The translations under genes and the position numbers were made by a program. A stretch of DNA of 64,000 bases from Parasitella parasitica NRRL 2501. Lineage: Eukaryota; Fungi; Mucoromycota. The notes beneath the pieces are model-generated. The model was not told where the DNA came from. It saw nothing but the letters and a program-made list of their open reading frames with translations, and made no database searches. The stretch covers positions 166,584 through 230,583 of the forward strand of contig MU619249.1 of NCBI GenBank assembly GCA_025201805.1, written 5' to 3'. The stretch's first letter is position 1. Each line of letters begins with the position of its first letter. Of the stretch, positions 52,968-64,000 are shown piece by piece.

Positions 52968-55292
52968 TCATGAATGTCCAACTTCCAAATCCTCAGTCTG
53001 TTCTTCCTCCGCTTCTTGCTCCAGTAACTCTAATCGACGAGTATCTTCGATCAATTCAATCATGTCGTCTGTCGTGCCGACAGATCGAAGGAATGGATGT
53101 TTCAATAAGGTGTCTGCATCGGGTCTCTCTTCACGGTCTACAGTCGTACAAAGCTTAAGAAAGTCTTTGAATTGATCAGACCAGCGATTTGGCTCCTTTA
53201 ATGGTGGTATGCCGTTGGACACAATCAAGAATAATGCCTACATGCAACTGTTAATACAACCAAAAAAAAAAAAAAAAAAAAAAATAGCATTGCGCAGTAG
53301 AGACTCACTCTCAACGGGGGGTATTCAACATACGGTGGGTCTCCTTCAGCCATTTCAATCAATACAACGCCCAGACTCCAAATATCCACTTTGGCATTGT
53401 ATTGCAACCCTTTTATAACTTCAGGCGCCATCCAATATGGTGTGCCTACAATTGAATTTCTTTCAGGCTGTGATTTTGATAGTTGTGCACAATGACCAAA
53501 GTCAGCTTTAATATCACGTTAGTTTCCTTTTGTTTTGCAGATTACTGATTTACTTACCTAATTTTATTTCGCCTCGCATGTTCAACAAGATATTGTCACT
53601 TCGGATATCTCTATGAATACGATTTAATCGATGTATTCTACACAGAGCTCTGAGTGTATCTCGAGCTACTCGCGCAATCTGATCCTCTCGCATACGGGGG
53701 CTCTCCGAGATTGAGATGATATCGGCCAAAGAGACATCCATGCACTCCATCACAACCCAAATATCATCAGATGTGGTATGGCAGGCAATGAATTCGACCA
53801 CATTTGGGTGTCTGCTCATCTTCATGGTGGTTAATTCATTTCGGACCTTGCTTAGTTTTTCAAGCGCGGTGTGGGGAATCCTTTTGATGGCGACAATTCG
53901 TTTGGTGGTGATGTGTTTGCCAGCATACATTGGGCCTGACTCGCCTTCTGCTATAAGTATAAGGTCGGTATATAGTTTTGTGGGATCCGCTGCGTCCACA
54001 AGATCATCTGTAGCAGCACTGTGAGTAACTATGTGGAAATGGATTTCATCAAAAAATAGTTACCAATAAAATTTGAATCCAAGGCTAAATGCGATTCGGT
54101 GCTGTTGCTGTTATTAATGGAGGTATTATTACTATTAGTATTATTATTGAAAATTGCTGGATCCTCTATCTCTGGTAGAGGTGGTATATCTGTGGATGAC
54201 TTGAATAATGAGAGATGTAGTAGTTTGGATGATCTTGCACGCGATGGCGGTGCATATCCTATCGGTAGCAGTTCATGTTGCTGCTGCCTTTGCTGCTGCC
54301 TTTGATAGTCCTCATGATCTTGTTCGTCTGAAGGCTCCTCCTCGATGGTATGTGTTGACAGGGAAGATGAAATGGTGGTGGTGGTCGAAGTCGATGGTTT
54401 GCGAGGTGATGTACTGCTTGCAGCGTTGGACTGAAGTGAATCAGGCATACGTATATTATGCATCAATTTTTCGACTGTAGCTGGATTATTTTTAACCACA
54501 TCCTCAGGCACTCCCGAAGCCATCAAAATCTTTTGCCATTTAATAGGTAATCCTTTGAATCCGTATTTCCCTACTTGAACATGCACATTGTGTTGGACGT
54601 TGTATGGTTTTCCAATAAGTGTAGGTGCTTTTTGTAGTGTGCTTGGATCGCCTAAATGAATCAAAGGAAGAAAAAGAAAACGGGAGGTTAGAAGGGGAGC
54701 AAACACACACGCACAAAAAGAAGAAAAAAAAAAAAAGAAGAGCAAGGCCATAAACACATGTTTGCACTCTTTTTTTAAAAAAAATGTATAACTATATAAA
54801 ATACATTACGTTCTGGCTTTACTGGAGAAGGTACAAGGTGAGGAGTAACATAATGTGTGTCTAAAACATCATCGCTTGGTAAATTGGATTGCCATACATC
54901 AGGTAGACCCTACACACACAAAAGAGTGAATCATACTGTTGCGTATATATTCCTATAGTACATACCATGTACTTCCCACTGTCTCTATTGAATTCTACAT
55001 GAATGCCATGTTCAAACTTCGTAGGTTTACCAATATCTAGTATTTTTTCCCCAAAGCTTGCTGTGGCTCTGCTAGTTGACTTGCTCGAAATTTTGGATGA
55101 TAACGAAGTCTCTGACCTATTATTCTGTCTGTACATCTTTAAGCTGGATAAAGTGGATGAAGAATTCATTTTTCGTAGACTTCTGGTGGAAGAAGATTTG
55201 TGAGAGGGTCTTCTCAAGCTGTGGGATATTGAGTTTCCATGATGAAAATGGTATTGGTCTTGTTCATTAGGCGTGGAGATGGTATTGCCCAT
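52968..55292 (-). CDS. PAK/STE20-family kinase with two CRIB motifs, multi-exon
   Basis: CRIBs [13 protein letters not shown] and [13 protein letters not shown]; kinase [27 protein letters not shown] and EMAEGDPPY. Confidence 0.9.
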
Positions 55293-55375
55293 TGAAATGA
55301 ATGATTCACAAAGTATATATAATTATGTATTATATATATATATTTGATGCAAATTGACAATGTTGGTTTAGTTGG

Positions 55376-55446
<71 letters not shown>

Positions 55447-55500
55447 AAAAAAAAAAAAAAAAAAAAAAAAAATATTAAAAAAAAAAAAAAAAAAAAAAAA
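55376..55500. repeat. T16 followed by about 110 nt of interrupted poly(A), upstream of the PAK gene
   Basis: Directly visible homopolymer tracts. Confidence 0.85.
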
Positions 55501-55803
55501 CGCTCCCTCTTTTTTATCGAGCCGGATACCTTTTTACAGTTGCCAATCATCTCACGCACAATTAAGGTTTTGTGCAAAGAGAAACTTAACTCTTGTATGA
55601 CCAAACATATTTCAGAATAATTTATTGTGTGGGGATTCTTTGATCTGGTAAGCTGGTTTCCATGGGGACAGACGAAATGCAAACAGTGATTGCCTGGGCT
55701 GCTTCCTCTTCCTTCTTACCATGGTAAAGGGTAATTTGAGTGTTTAAAAATGCTTTCAATGTAGAATGTAGTAGCACGGAAATGGAGCGAATACATATGA
55801 TAA

Positions 55804-58310
55804 TTAACAAGCAGGTAAATATGCTCGACAAACAGGACATTCTAGTTTGATCCTCATCCACTATCAAAGAAATTTAATATTTTGATCTGGTAGGCAATTT
55901 GACTTTTTATAATATATATATACCTTCTCCAGACATTCAGTATGGAACATATGGTGACAGGGTGTCATCATATAATTTGTCCTCGACAACACATTGAGGC
56001 TAGAATGACCATGGCTATTCGTGTCTATAGGCAGCATACAAATAGCACAATCCTTTGGCTGCTGTGCTTTACTGTCTGGGTTTTCAGTTGTTTCTTCATC
56101 GTCTACTGCGATGATTGGATGGTAGTTGTACGTCTGGGGTAAATAACGAGATGGTACAAAGAATCTAGGGCCAAATGAATCTTGGAGGAACAAAACGATG
56201 ACCTGCAGTGCCACATAAGCGACAAGAGCGTATACCCAAGGTGTGCTTTCGTGGCCAACTAAATTTTTGGGACATCCATAAAAGTACAATGGAATACTTA
56301 GACGAGTTGTGCTCATAACTAGAATGTAACGATGGCTGAGAGGATGTCTACAGCCTCTAGTGACATTTCGTACAATTTGCGGCACCCAAAATGAGTAGAA
56401 CAGAAATCCCAGTGTCCCTACAATGACATTTTGTACAAATGCTGATCTGGTTACTGACTGATAAAATAAGAAAAGTCCGAGCAGTAATATAGCGTATAGT
56501 CTATAATACAGGTAGGTGATGTCTCGTTGAGGATTTGGTACCTCGGTTGTATCAGGTCTCCTCACGTTAGCTACAGGTATGAGATTCTCACTGTCAGGAG
56601 CACGTTGATCAGTACCAAACTCGGCAGGAGGAGTAGGAGAACTAGGACGAATAGATTCTGGTCTCTGTATTCTCCACACGACCAGTAAATAACGCATACC
56701 AAAGACAGATACCAGTACAAATGTGAAGAATGCTGCAGTAGCAAATGGTATAAACACATTTTCAATCACTACACCTGTCGTAAGATAGAGTAAACACAAA
56801 TAGCCATCCATGATTGCTTGCATAGCAATAGTCCAGTAAGACACATTAGATACACTCTATATCATTTAGTCAAGTTCAGTATACGACTATACTGGAACCA
56901 CCATGTCCTTACCGATGGAGTGGGCGTGTATTCCATTTGGCGAATCAGCGAAAATATCTGTATCACAGCAATAACACTCGCGATGCCAGCATATATCACC
57001 GCTTTATTGTAATAATTTTCGATTTTGATGCCATCAGTTTTTCTGCTAGAAATCAGTAGCTGGCAATTGGAAGAATACATTTCAGTGGATATCAAGAGAG
57101 GTGGAGGGCTGATTGTGGAAATGCCTAGAGGAAATTCAAGCTCTATATTCAAGGTCGAGTAAGTCTCCACATTCATACGCTCTTGGCAAAAATCACAGAC
57201 CCATTTCGTATTCTAATAATTCAGACATTTGAATGTTGGAAGGCACCGGCTGTAATTGGCCAAAGAATTGAAAATTGCAGGTAAACGGTAAATTCGTTGT
57301 ATCTTCAGAATCGCCTAGCCCTTGCCAATCCCAATATTTCTCTTGGTTTAATTCCTGAATCCTCTTTTCGATCTGCTCGTCAATTACATATCTAGTAGAA
57401 ACGAGTGTGTCATTGGTGGGAAGCATGTGCAGTAAATCATCTAAAGGAATAGCAAGCCTATTCACGAGAATTGGTGTCAGTAAATAAAGTAAAGTTTTAA
57501 CCTCAAAAAACACGCATTACCCCTCTGGAACAGCCATCATGTACAGCGACCCGTTGTTCAAGAAATGTACACCTCCTGCCAACAGTAATGCACCAGAATC
57601 GCTCTTACCTGCATCTTTAAGGCGAATGTATCCCTTTGTAAATGTAAAGTTAGATACGTTTTTTAAAAATTTCAATGTTAGAGTACTAGGGCTACCTCAA
57701 TGTAATTGATATTTTTATCCAATGTAATTGTGGATTTTAAATTTAGCGTGAAAGAACCAGGTCCATCAAACTGAAATGTCTTTCTAGCCTGTTCCATTTC
57801 GGTCCTATTAATGTAGCCGGGTACGCTAATGTTGCTATTCTCCCATTCACCTAAAATAAATGAAGTGTGAGATGTCTAGTATACAAGATCAAATGCTTTA
57901 GCGCACAACTATTTGTACCTCTAAAGATGCCTGTGATGTTGTGGTAAAAAAGTGAGTCTGATCCTCCTTCAATAGCCCATAAATCATGCAGAGGCGCTTC
58001 TACCGAGACAGGTAAAGGCTATTAAATGTATATATGAATATGCATTGACACTTTGCTGTGGAATTTTTCTTGTGTTTACATGAGTAACATTGACACCGAA
58101 CGTCAAGTTATCCAGTAGCTCTTTTTCGTGCTGTAAATCGTCCAGTACATCACTTTTTGTCGGCTTTCCAGTTCTAGCAGAAGTATCGTCTGAAAAGTTG
58201 AAGAATAAGAAAGCGAGTAAAAACAGAAGCATGTAGAAGCTCGTTCTCTGTGTCTGCTGTTCTCTCGCTACTCTGAGTTGTTCATTTGTTGGAACTGCTG
58301 CTGTGTCCAT
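55804..58310 (-). CDS. TUL1: Tul1/Dsc1 transmembrane RING-H2 E3 ubiquitin ligase, multi-exon
   Basis: YHNITGIFRG, multiple TM helices, QAIMDGYLC, SFWVPQI.RN, Q..FGPRFF.P and CAICM...MMTPCHHMFHTECLEKWM.IKLECPVCR. Confidence 0.92.
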
Positions 58311-58492
58311 ATTTTGCTATTTGCCCATATAATAACCAAGATACCGTACAACAAGAAAGAAAGAGGAAAATGAGAATGATGGCCCAGCTTCAAGTCACAG
58401 TGATACAGCAACCTGCATTATACAGTAATAAAAGCTTGGTTAAGCATCTGGTTTCATTTCTGTCCTTCTTCCCAGTACATACCTACCTACTT

Positions 58493-59844
58493 ATGTCGAA
58501 TCTTTCTGCTACCGCTGATTGCAACTCGACTCTTTCCAAGGTCAACACTTCTGATGCTTCTCCAATTGAGAAGACTCCAGCTGCTCTTGTGGAACAAGAA
58601 CCCAAGGCGCTTGAAAAAGATAACCTAGATGTTGGTGCCAAGAAGCCCGAACAAGGCCACAAAGAGATTCATGTAGCCCAAGATGAACCTGCCTCTGCTT
58701 CCGCTACAGCTACAGCTACAGCTAATGATAATACCATCAATAGACGCAATAGCGCCATTCATCCTTCGGCCATTTTGGAAACAACAATGGAGGGCTTGGC
58801 CACCATAACACATAAAATCAACCCTCTCACACGAAAACTTGGCAAGGGACTGGGACAAGTGAGACAAGTAAGTGAATGGTTTTACAACCCCCCCCTCCCG
58901 CTTTGAATTGACCAAATAACATTGGGCATAGTTTGCGCAAGAAAAACTTGGTACAGCAGATGATATCACCGAGTTGCCTAACGAATACAAGGATTTAGAA
59001 AAGGTAAAGTGATCATCAGCATAAGTACATATGTCACGAGGTAACACTGTATGTAGCGGATTGACGCAGTTGCACAAGTCCATCAAAATCTCCTCAAAGT
59101 AGCCAAGACGTACAACACTCCTAACTATGATTACCCGGTTCAGATCCAAGAGTCTCTTATTGGATTCACAAACACTGTGACAAACCAGATCCAGCAATTA
59201 AGAAGTAAGCCTGAGCAACGTGCACAGACAATCGAACATCCCAAGACTCTCTCCCACGCCATCGGCCGTGTTGCTACTGATGGAGCCATGCTAGTCGGGC
59301 AGGACGAATCTTTTGGTGCCGCTCTTAGCAAGCTTGGTGATGTTTCCAACAAATTGGGAGATGTCAGGCTTGCCATGGACAGCGAAGTTGTCAGCAAATT
59401 CAATACACCTATGCAGGTTACACTCAAGACAGCTATTGAAGGCGCTTATAAGGCAAGACGTACTGTTCAATCGAAACGCTTGGCTCTTGATGCAGCAAAG
59501 ACCAATTACCGGGAATCACCTACAAACAAGTTGGATGAGGCTCGCCGAGAGGTGGAGCAAGCTGAAGATCAATTTGTTGGAGCAGTGGAGGAAGCCACTC
59601 AATCAATGAAAGCCGTATTAGAAGACGTGAGTAATTAAATATAGAAATGGATGGGGGAGGAAAAGAGCGCTAATAATACCTGTGGTGCATAATATAGCCT
59701 GAGCCTCTGCGTGATATAGCAGACTACGCTCGAATCCAACTTGCTTTCTTTACACACGCCCAAGATCTGTTCAGTGGATTAGTACCAGAGCTGGAGGAAA
59801 TTCGAGTGACTCAAGAGTCCATGTATCGTGACACTGATGAATAG
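58493..59844 (+). CDS. Gvp36-like BAR-domain protein, multi-exon
   Basis: QFAQEKLGTADDITELPNEYKDLEKRID, YDYP.QIQES, PKTLSHAI, RLALDAAK and EQAEDQFVGAVEEA. Confidence 0.85.
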
Positions 59845-60040
59845 CTGCGTACAATTATATATCATGAATCGGTCATGAACAACGGCTAATGCTTGTATAT
59901 ACGAAATTGTGTAGATCACATGGCTTGCATCACTCTACTTTTGGTTTCTGCCTCCCCCTCCCCCTTAATAAATTCAGTGCACCTCTTTTGATTTCTCTAC
60001 ATTTCTTTCTCTTGTTGCAACATTTTTTACATATTTTGTA

Positions 60041-61306
60041 ATGTTTCGTAGCTGGTTCGCAACCCCTACTACTATAGACACCAAACCATTGTCTACCACT
60101 ACTGAAAGCATTCCGGCAATCGACACAACAAGGATTCAGGGTGAAAAAACAATCAATCATACCCCATACACAAGCATCGCTACAATGACCATGATGGTAA
60201 GTCCAAAGGTACCTCCTTCAGCCAAATCAACGTCTGTCAATGTCAACATGGACGAGCGACACAGCTTTGTAAATAATGACTCTATCATATCATCAGAGTT
60301 TGAGATAGAACCTCTTCGATCAGCCTCTATATCACTATCAATCGAATTGGCCAAAAAGACTTCGTCTTCGTCGTTAAATAGCCCTTGCAGTGTTCATAAC
60401 ACAACAATAAGCAAACCCATATTTATGCAGAAACCAGACAACATCACTCCGCAATCCAGCTTGCCCAAATATATTCAGCAACAACAACAACAACAACAAC
60501 AACAACAAAGGCCTTCTTCCATAGCAAGTCATTCTTCAAATTCATTATTACAGCGTATGGCTCATTCACCAAAGGCTGCACCAGCAACATTCTCGACTGG
60601 TGTATCTGCAAATGGGGAAAACAATCTACACCAAGATGATGGCAGCAACAAATCCGCGGTTGTTGAAAGCCTATCAAGGCAAATCAATCCCCCCTCAGTT
60701 GTGGAAGATATGGATGAATTGACAGAGCAAGATATACATAACGTAACTAGCAGTACAACTACGCCCACTGTATCCATGAGCACCGCTACTGATGACGAGC
60801 AAGAAGATGCACAAGACCAGCATCTATCCCAACATAATGTAGATTCCTCTCAATCGTCCACGTGTGAAAATAGGTTTATTCTCCAAAAGTCTTCTACAAC
60901 TACGACTGCTGCCGTAAAAGAAAAAGGAGACGAAAAAGCTGTAGGATTTTGGTCTTGGCTTGGTTTTCCATCCTCGGAAAACGATAATATTACAACGAGG
61001 GGTGCAGTTGCTACTGTGGAAAAGAATTTAGCGTCAAAAGGAGACATTGTTCAGCAACAGCAGCAGCAACAGCAGCAGCAGCAGCAGCAGCAGGAGATTG
61101 AACCACAAGACGCAGAGGAGACGTTCAACCTGAGAAATGAATTAGATTCAAATAATACGTCAACAGTAGCTGCTGCTGCTGCAACTGCATCATACACAGG
61201 CATAGAAAAGCCAAGTCAAAAAACCATGACCTCTACATGGTCATCGTTTTTATTTTCATCAAAACCGTCTTCCGCCCAGCGAAAACAAGCACAACAGAAA
61301 CAACAA

Positions 61307-61348
<42 letters not shown>

Positions 61349-62926
61349 CAACCTGCCATTCCTGCGATAACAACTTTAGAAACAGCAGTACCAACCACAG
61401 CAGCTTCATCTGTAACGGCAGCAGCAGCAGCAACGTTAATAGCAGACGACTCGGCCTCTGATGCAAATCTTCGTAAAGTTAAAAGCGCATCGTCATTACC
61501 ATCTTCACCATTATCAGCTACACAGACCCTACGATATTCAGCCTCGATTTCTTCTTTTCATCAACTACCCAAAAAGAAAAACTTTGTGCTGCCACCATTC
61601 GAATCGCAGTTCCTGGAAAATGACGCAACAGATACAAACACGATATCAACGTCTAATGCATCCACAATCACAACCAGCAGTAGTAATTTGATTACCAAAG
61701 CGATGGATGCTATCAATTACATCTTGATACCTGCTGCTGCTCCTACGACACCGTCGATGGAAGAAGAAAGCACCTCTAGCTGGATAGCAAAACGAATGCG
61801 AGCTAAATTCTCCAGTTTTGTTGAGGATTTGAAGCGGTCGACAGCTATTAAAGACCCTGTCCAATCTGCTATGTTGGATAAGCGTATTGTAGTTGTTGGA
61901 GTGCATGGCTGGTTTCCTATGAAGGTATGTGCACACATATATATCTACACACCTTTTTTTGGCTCACTCACTGTACATAGCTCGTGTCTAAAATGATTGG
62001 TGAGCCCACAGGAACATCGATCAAGTTTTGTGAGCAGATGGCATTGGGTGTTAAACTCTATTTTGAATCTGAGCACCAGGTCACATTACCAGATGACGCT
62101 ATTACACTAGTGCCTTTAGAAGGAGAAGGAAAAGTAGAGGATAGAGTGAATCAACTGTACACAAAGCTGATTGATAACTCAAAATGGCTGGAAGCAGTGT
62201 CATCGGCAGACGTAGTGCTATGGGCGACACACTCACAGGGAACCCCAGTTTCCATCATGCTTCTGCAAAGATTGCTAGAGCGAGGACACATTCATGTTAT
62301 TCGACAATCCATCTGCGTGCTTGCTATGGCGGGAATCTCAAATGGTCCCTTTCCTGCTTTAAAAGGCAGCCTTATTGTCAAGGTAAAATGCAGAGCAGAA
62401 AGTTTTCAGTACTTAATCACTCACGCTGTCTTTCATTTTTCCAGTATTTTGAAGCAGATGCCGCACGTGAACTGTTTGAATTCATGGATTCTAACAGCCC
62501 TATATCAGTAAATTTCCGCCAATCACTTGCCTATGTACTAAAATGCGGAACAAAGATGGTGCTCACAGGCTCTATGCAAGATCAAGTGGTTCCATTATAT
62601 TCTGCAATCATGTCATCGGTGAACCACTCTAGTATCTTGCGTTCTGTCTACATTGACGGCCATATTTATTCTCAGGATGACTTTTTGATTAACCTAATTG
62701 TATTCGCTCTGAAGTTGCGCAACACGGGACTTTCTGACCATGACTTGCTGACGCACTTGAGTGAAGTATTAGCAGGTAGTCTTTATGCATTGGAGGGTGG
62801 TCACTCTACCATCTACGAGGAGTTGGAGGTTTACATGACAGCCATACGTTATACTTTTGAAACTGCACCTTTTGGTAAATATACTCGACGCACGTGCTCG
62901 CTATCACCACCACCACCACCACCACC

Positions 62927-63020
<94 letters not shown>

Positions 63021-63031
63021 CNNNNNNNNNN

Positions 63032-63127
<96 letters not shown>

Positions 63128-63383
63128 GCAGCAGCAGCAGCCAAAAAGACTGGCCGTAGAAGACGCAATTCTGCACCCATTCCAAGCTAAACAACAGCAA
63201 AATCCATTTTATTTACCTTGGGCATTACATGCCCTATGTACAGATCCATTGATCCTCGCAGATGACTTGCTGAAAGCGGACCTAACTCGCTTGCTGATTT
63301 TGTTTGAACAATGGAGTCCCACCAGTGCCAGATTAAGAGAGCTGAAATTTAGATTAGATCCCCTTAGAACTATCAAATTGTGA
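60041..63383 (+). CDS. YML020W-like alpha/beta-hydrolase-fold protein with a long disordered polyQ N-terminus, 3 exons
   Basis: IVVVGVHGWFP, GEPTGTS.KF, LEGEGKV..RV, ATHSQGTPV (nucleophile elbow), DQVVPLYSA, GGHSTIY and NPFYLPW. Confidence 0.82.
62928..63140 (+). repeat. (CAA)n/(CAG)n polyglutamine tract spanning a 10-N gap
   Basis: Pure CAA run on both sides of N at 63022-63031. Confidence 0.9.
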
Positions 63384-63735
63384 GCAAATGAGCAGCCTTT
63401 TTCGTACATATTTACATAGCTTTTTTTATATACCTATTCTCACTGATTTATCTCATTTATCTTAATAATAATATCGAAAGAGGTGCTTCATAGTTCTCCT
63501 CCCGTCTTGCAGGACAAAAGTGATATCGTTTACACAAAAGTCTGTATATCAAACTAAGAGAGTGTCATTTGTAATAATTAAATATAAAATGTCACTTTGA
63601 TCTACAACTATACTTTTTTTCACCCTTATAAGGCCTAATAGATCAAATATACGCATTATCAACTACCTTTCAAACAGTCAGCAAAAAATAATGTCACTCA
63701 TCTTGGCGCATTTGTATTCAAATACTATCAAATGC

Positions 63736-63743
63736 AAAAAAAA
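63736..63743 (-). terminator. Pol III oligo-T terminator of tRNA-Asn
   Basis: T8 immediately 3' of the tRNA on the minus strand. Confidence 0.85.
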
Positions 63744-63817
63744 CGCTCCCAGGTGGGCTTGAACCACCAACCTCCTGATTAACAGTCAGACGCGCTAGCC
63801 AATTGCGCCATGGAAGC
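63744..63817 (-). tRNA. tRNA-Asn (GTT)
   Basis: GCTTCCATGGCGCAATTGGCTAGCGCGTCTGACTGTTAATCAGGAGGTTGGTGGTTCAAGCCCACCTGGGAGCG folds into a cloverleaf; anticodon loop CTGTTAA; A and B boxes present. Confidence 0.97.
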
Positions 63818-64000
63818 GTGTACGAATTTTGTCAGATGTAGAATTTAATACTAGGTAACCAGCAAATATAATATGGAGGAAAAACACGTGATATACACTA
63901 TGCAATGTTTGGGCAAATGTTAGATAAGAGAGAATATAATAGGTTTTGATTAACAGAATAAAGATGATGTTTATTTAATAAATTTTATGTTATATTTATA

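Noticed and set aside
55368-55682. Poly-Phe and poly-Lys ORFs
   Set aside because: Homopolymer translations.
62806-63200. Poly-V/N/T/L ORFs in alternative frames
   Set aside because: Shadow frames of the CAA repeat; likewise most short antisense ORFs in the track overlap real genes.

Overview
Gene-dense, AT-rich eukaryotic DNA with many short (about 50-70 nt) spliceosomal introns. Gene content and style fit a Mucorales fungus (Mucor/Parasitella-like; inferred, species not determinable). About 20 conserved or plausible genes are present: 5' end of a DIP2/Cps1 homolog, YggS/PLPBP, SH3-TBC RabGAP, Ssh4, UBA-UBX, Bud6/Aip3, serine racemase, C2H2 TF, CCT5, MRPL16, Zn2Cys6 TF, FSH1-like hydrolase, CAD/ADH6-type dehydrogenase, PFK-2/FBPase-2, bHLH TF, CIA2, PAK kinase, Tul1, Gvp36-like BAR and YML020W-like hydrolase, plus a tRNA-Asn(GTT). 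The most notable signal is a family of four intronless small secreted proteins (20426, 21441, 23593 on +; 31773 on -). They share a signal peptide, a C-x27-29-C pair, a C-terminal S-W/Y-K/R and a TATAAAA(A/T)GCA core promoter, and three have pentamer-repeat 5' leaders. Their residue pattern resembles beta-gamma-crystallin/killer-toxin-like effectors. Three sit in a small gene birth-and-death island with a RING/coiled-coil gene broken by two in-frame stops and an SDR pseudogene. Other leads: a disordered orphan carrying several DNA-damage-type linear motifs, a 75-bp near-perfect inverted repeat pair in a gene desert, a possibly myristoylated double-CRIB PAK, a putative PB1-C2H2 TF and a mitochondria-targeted ADH6-family enzyme with an NAD-type Asp. 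Exon boundaries were read by eye and no database searches were run.
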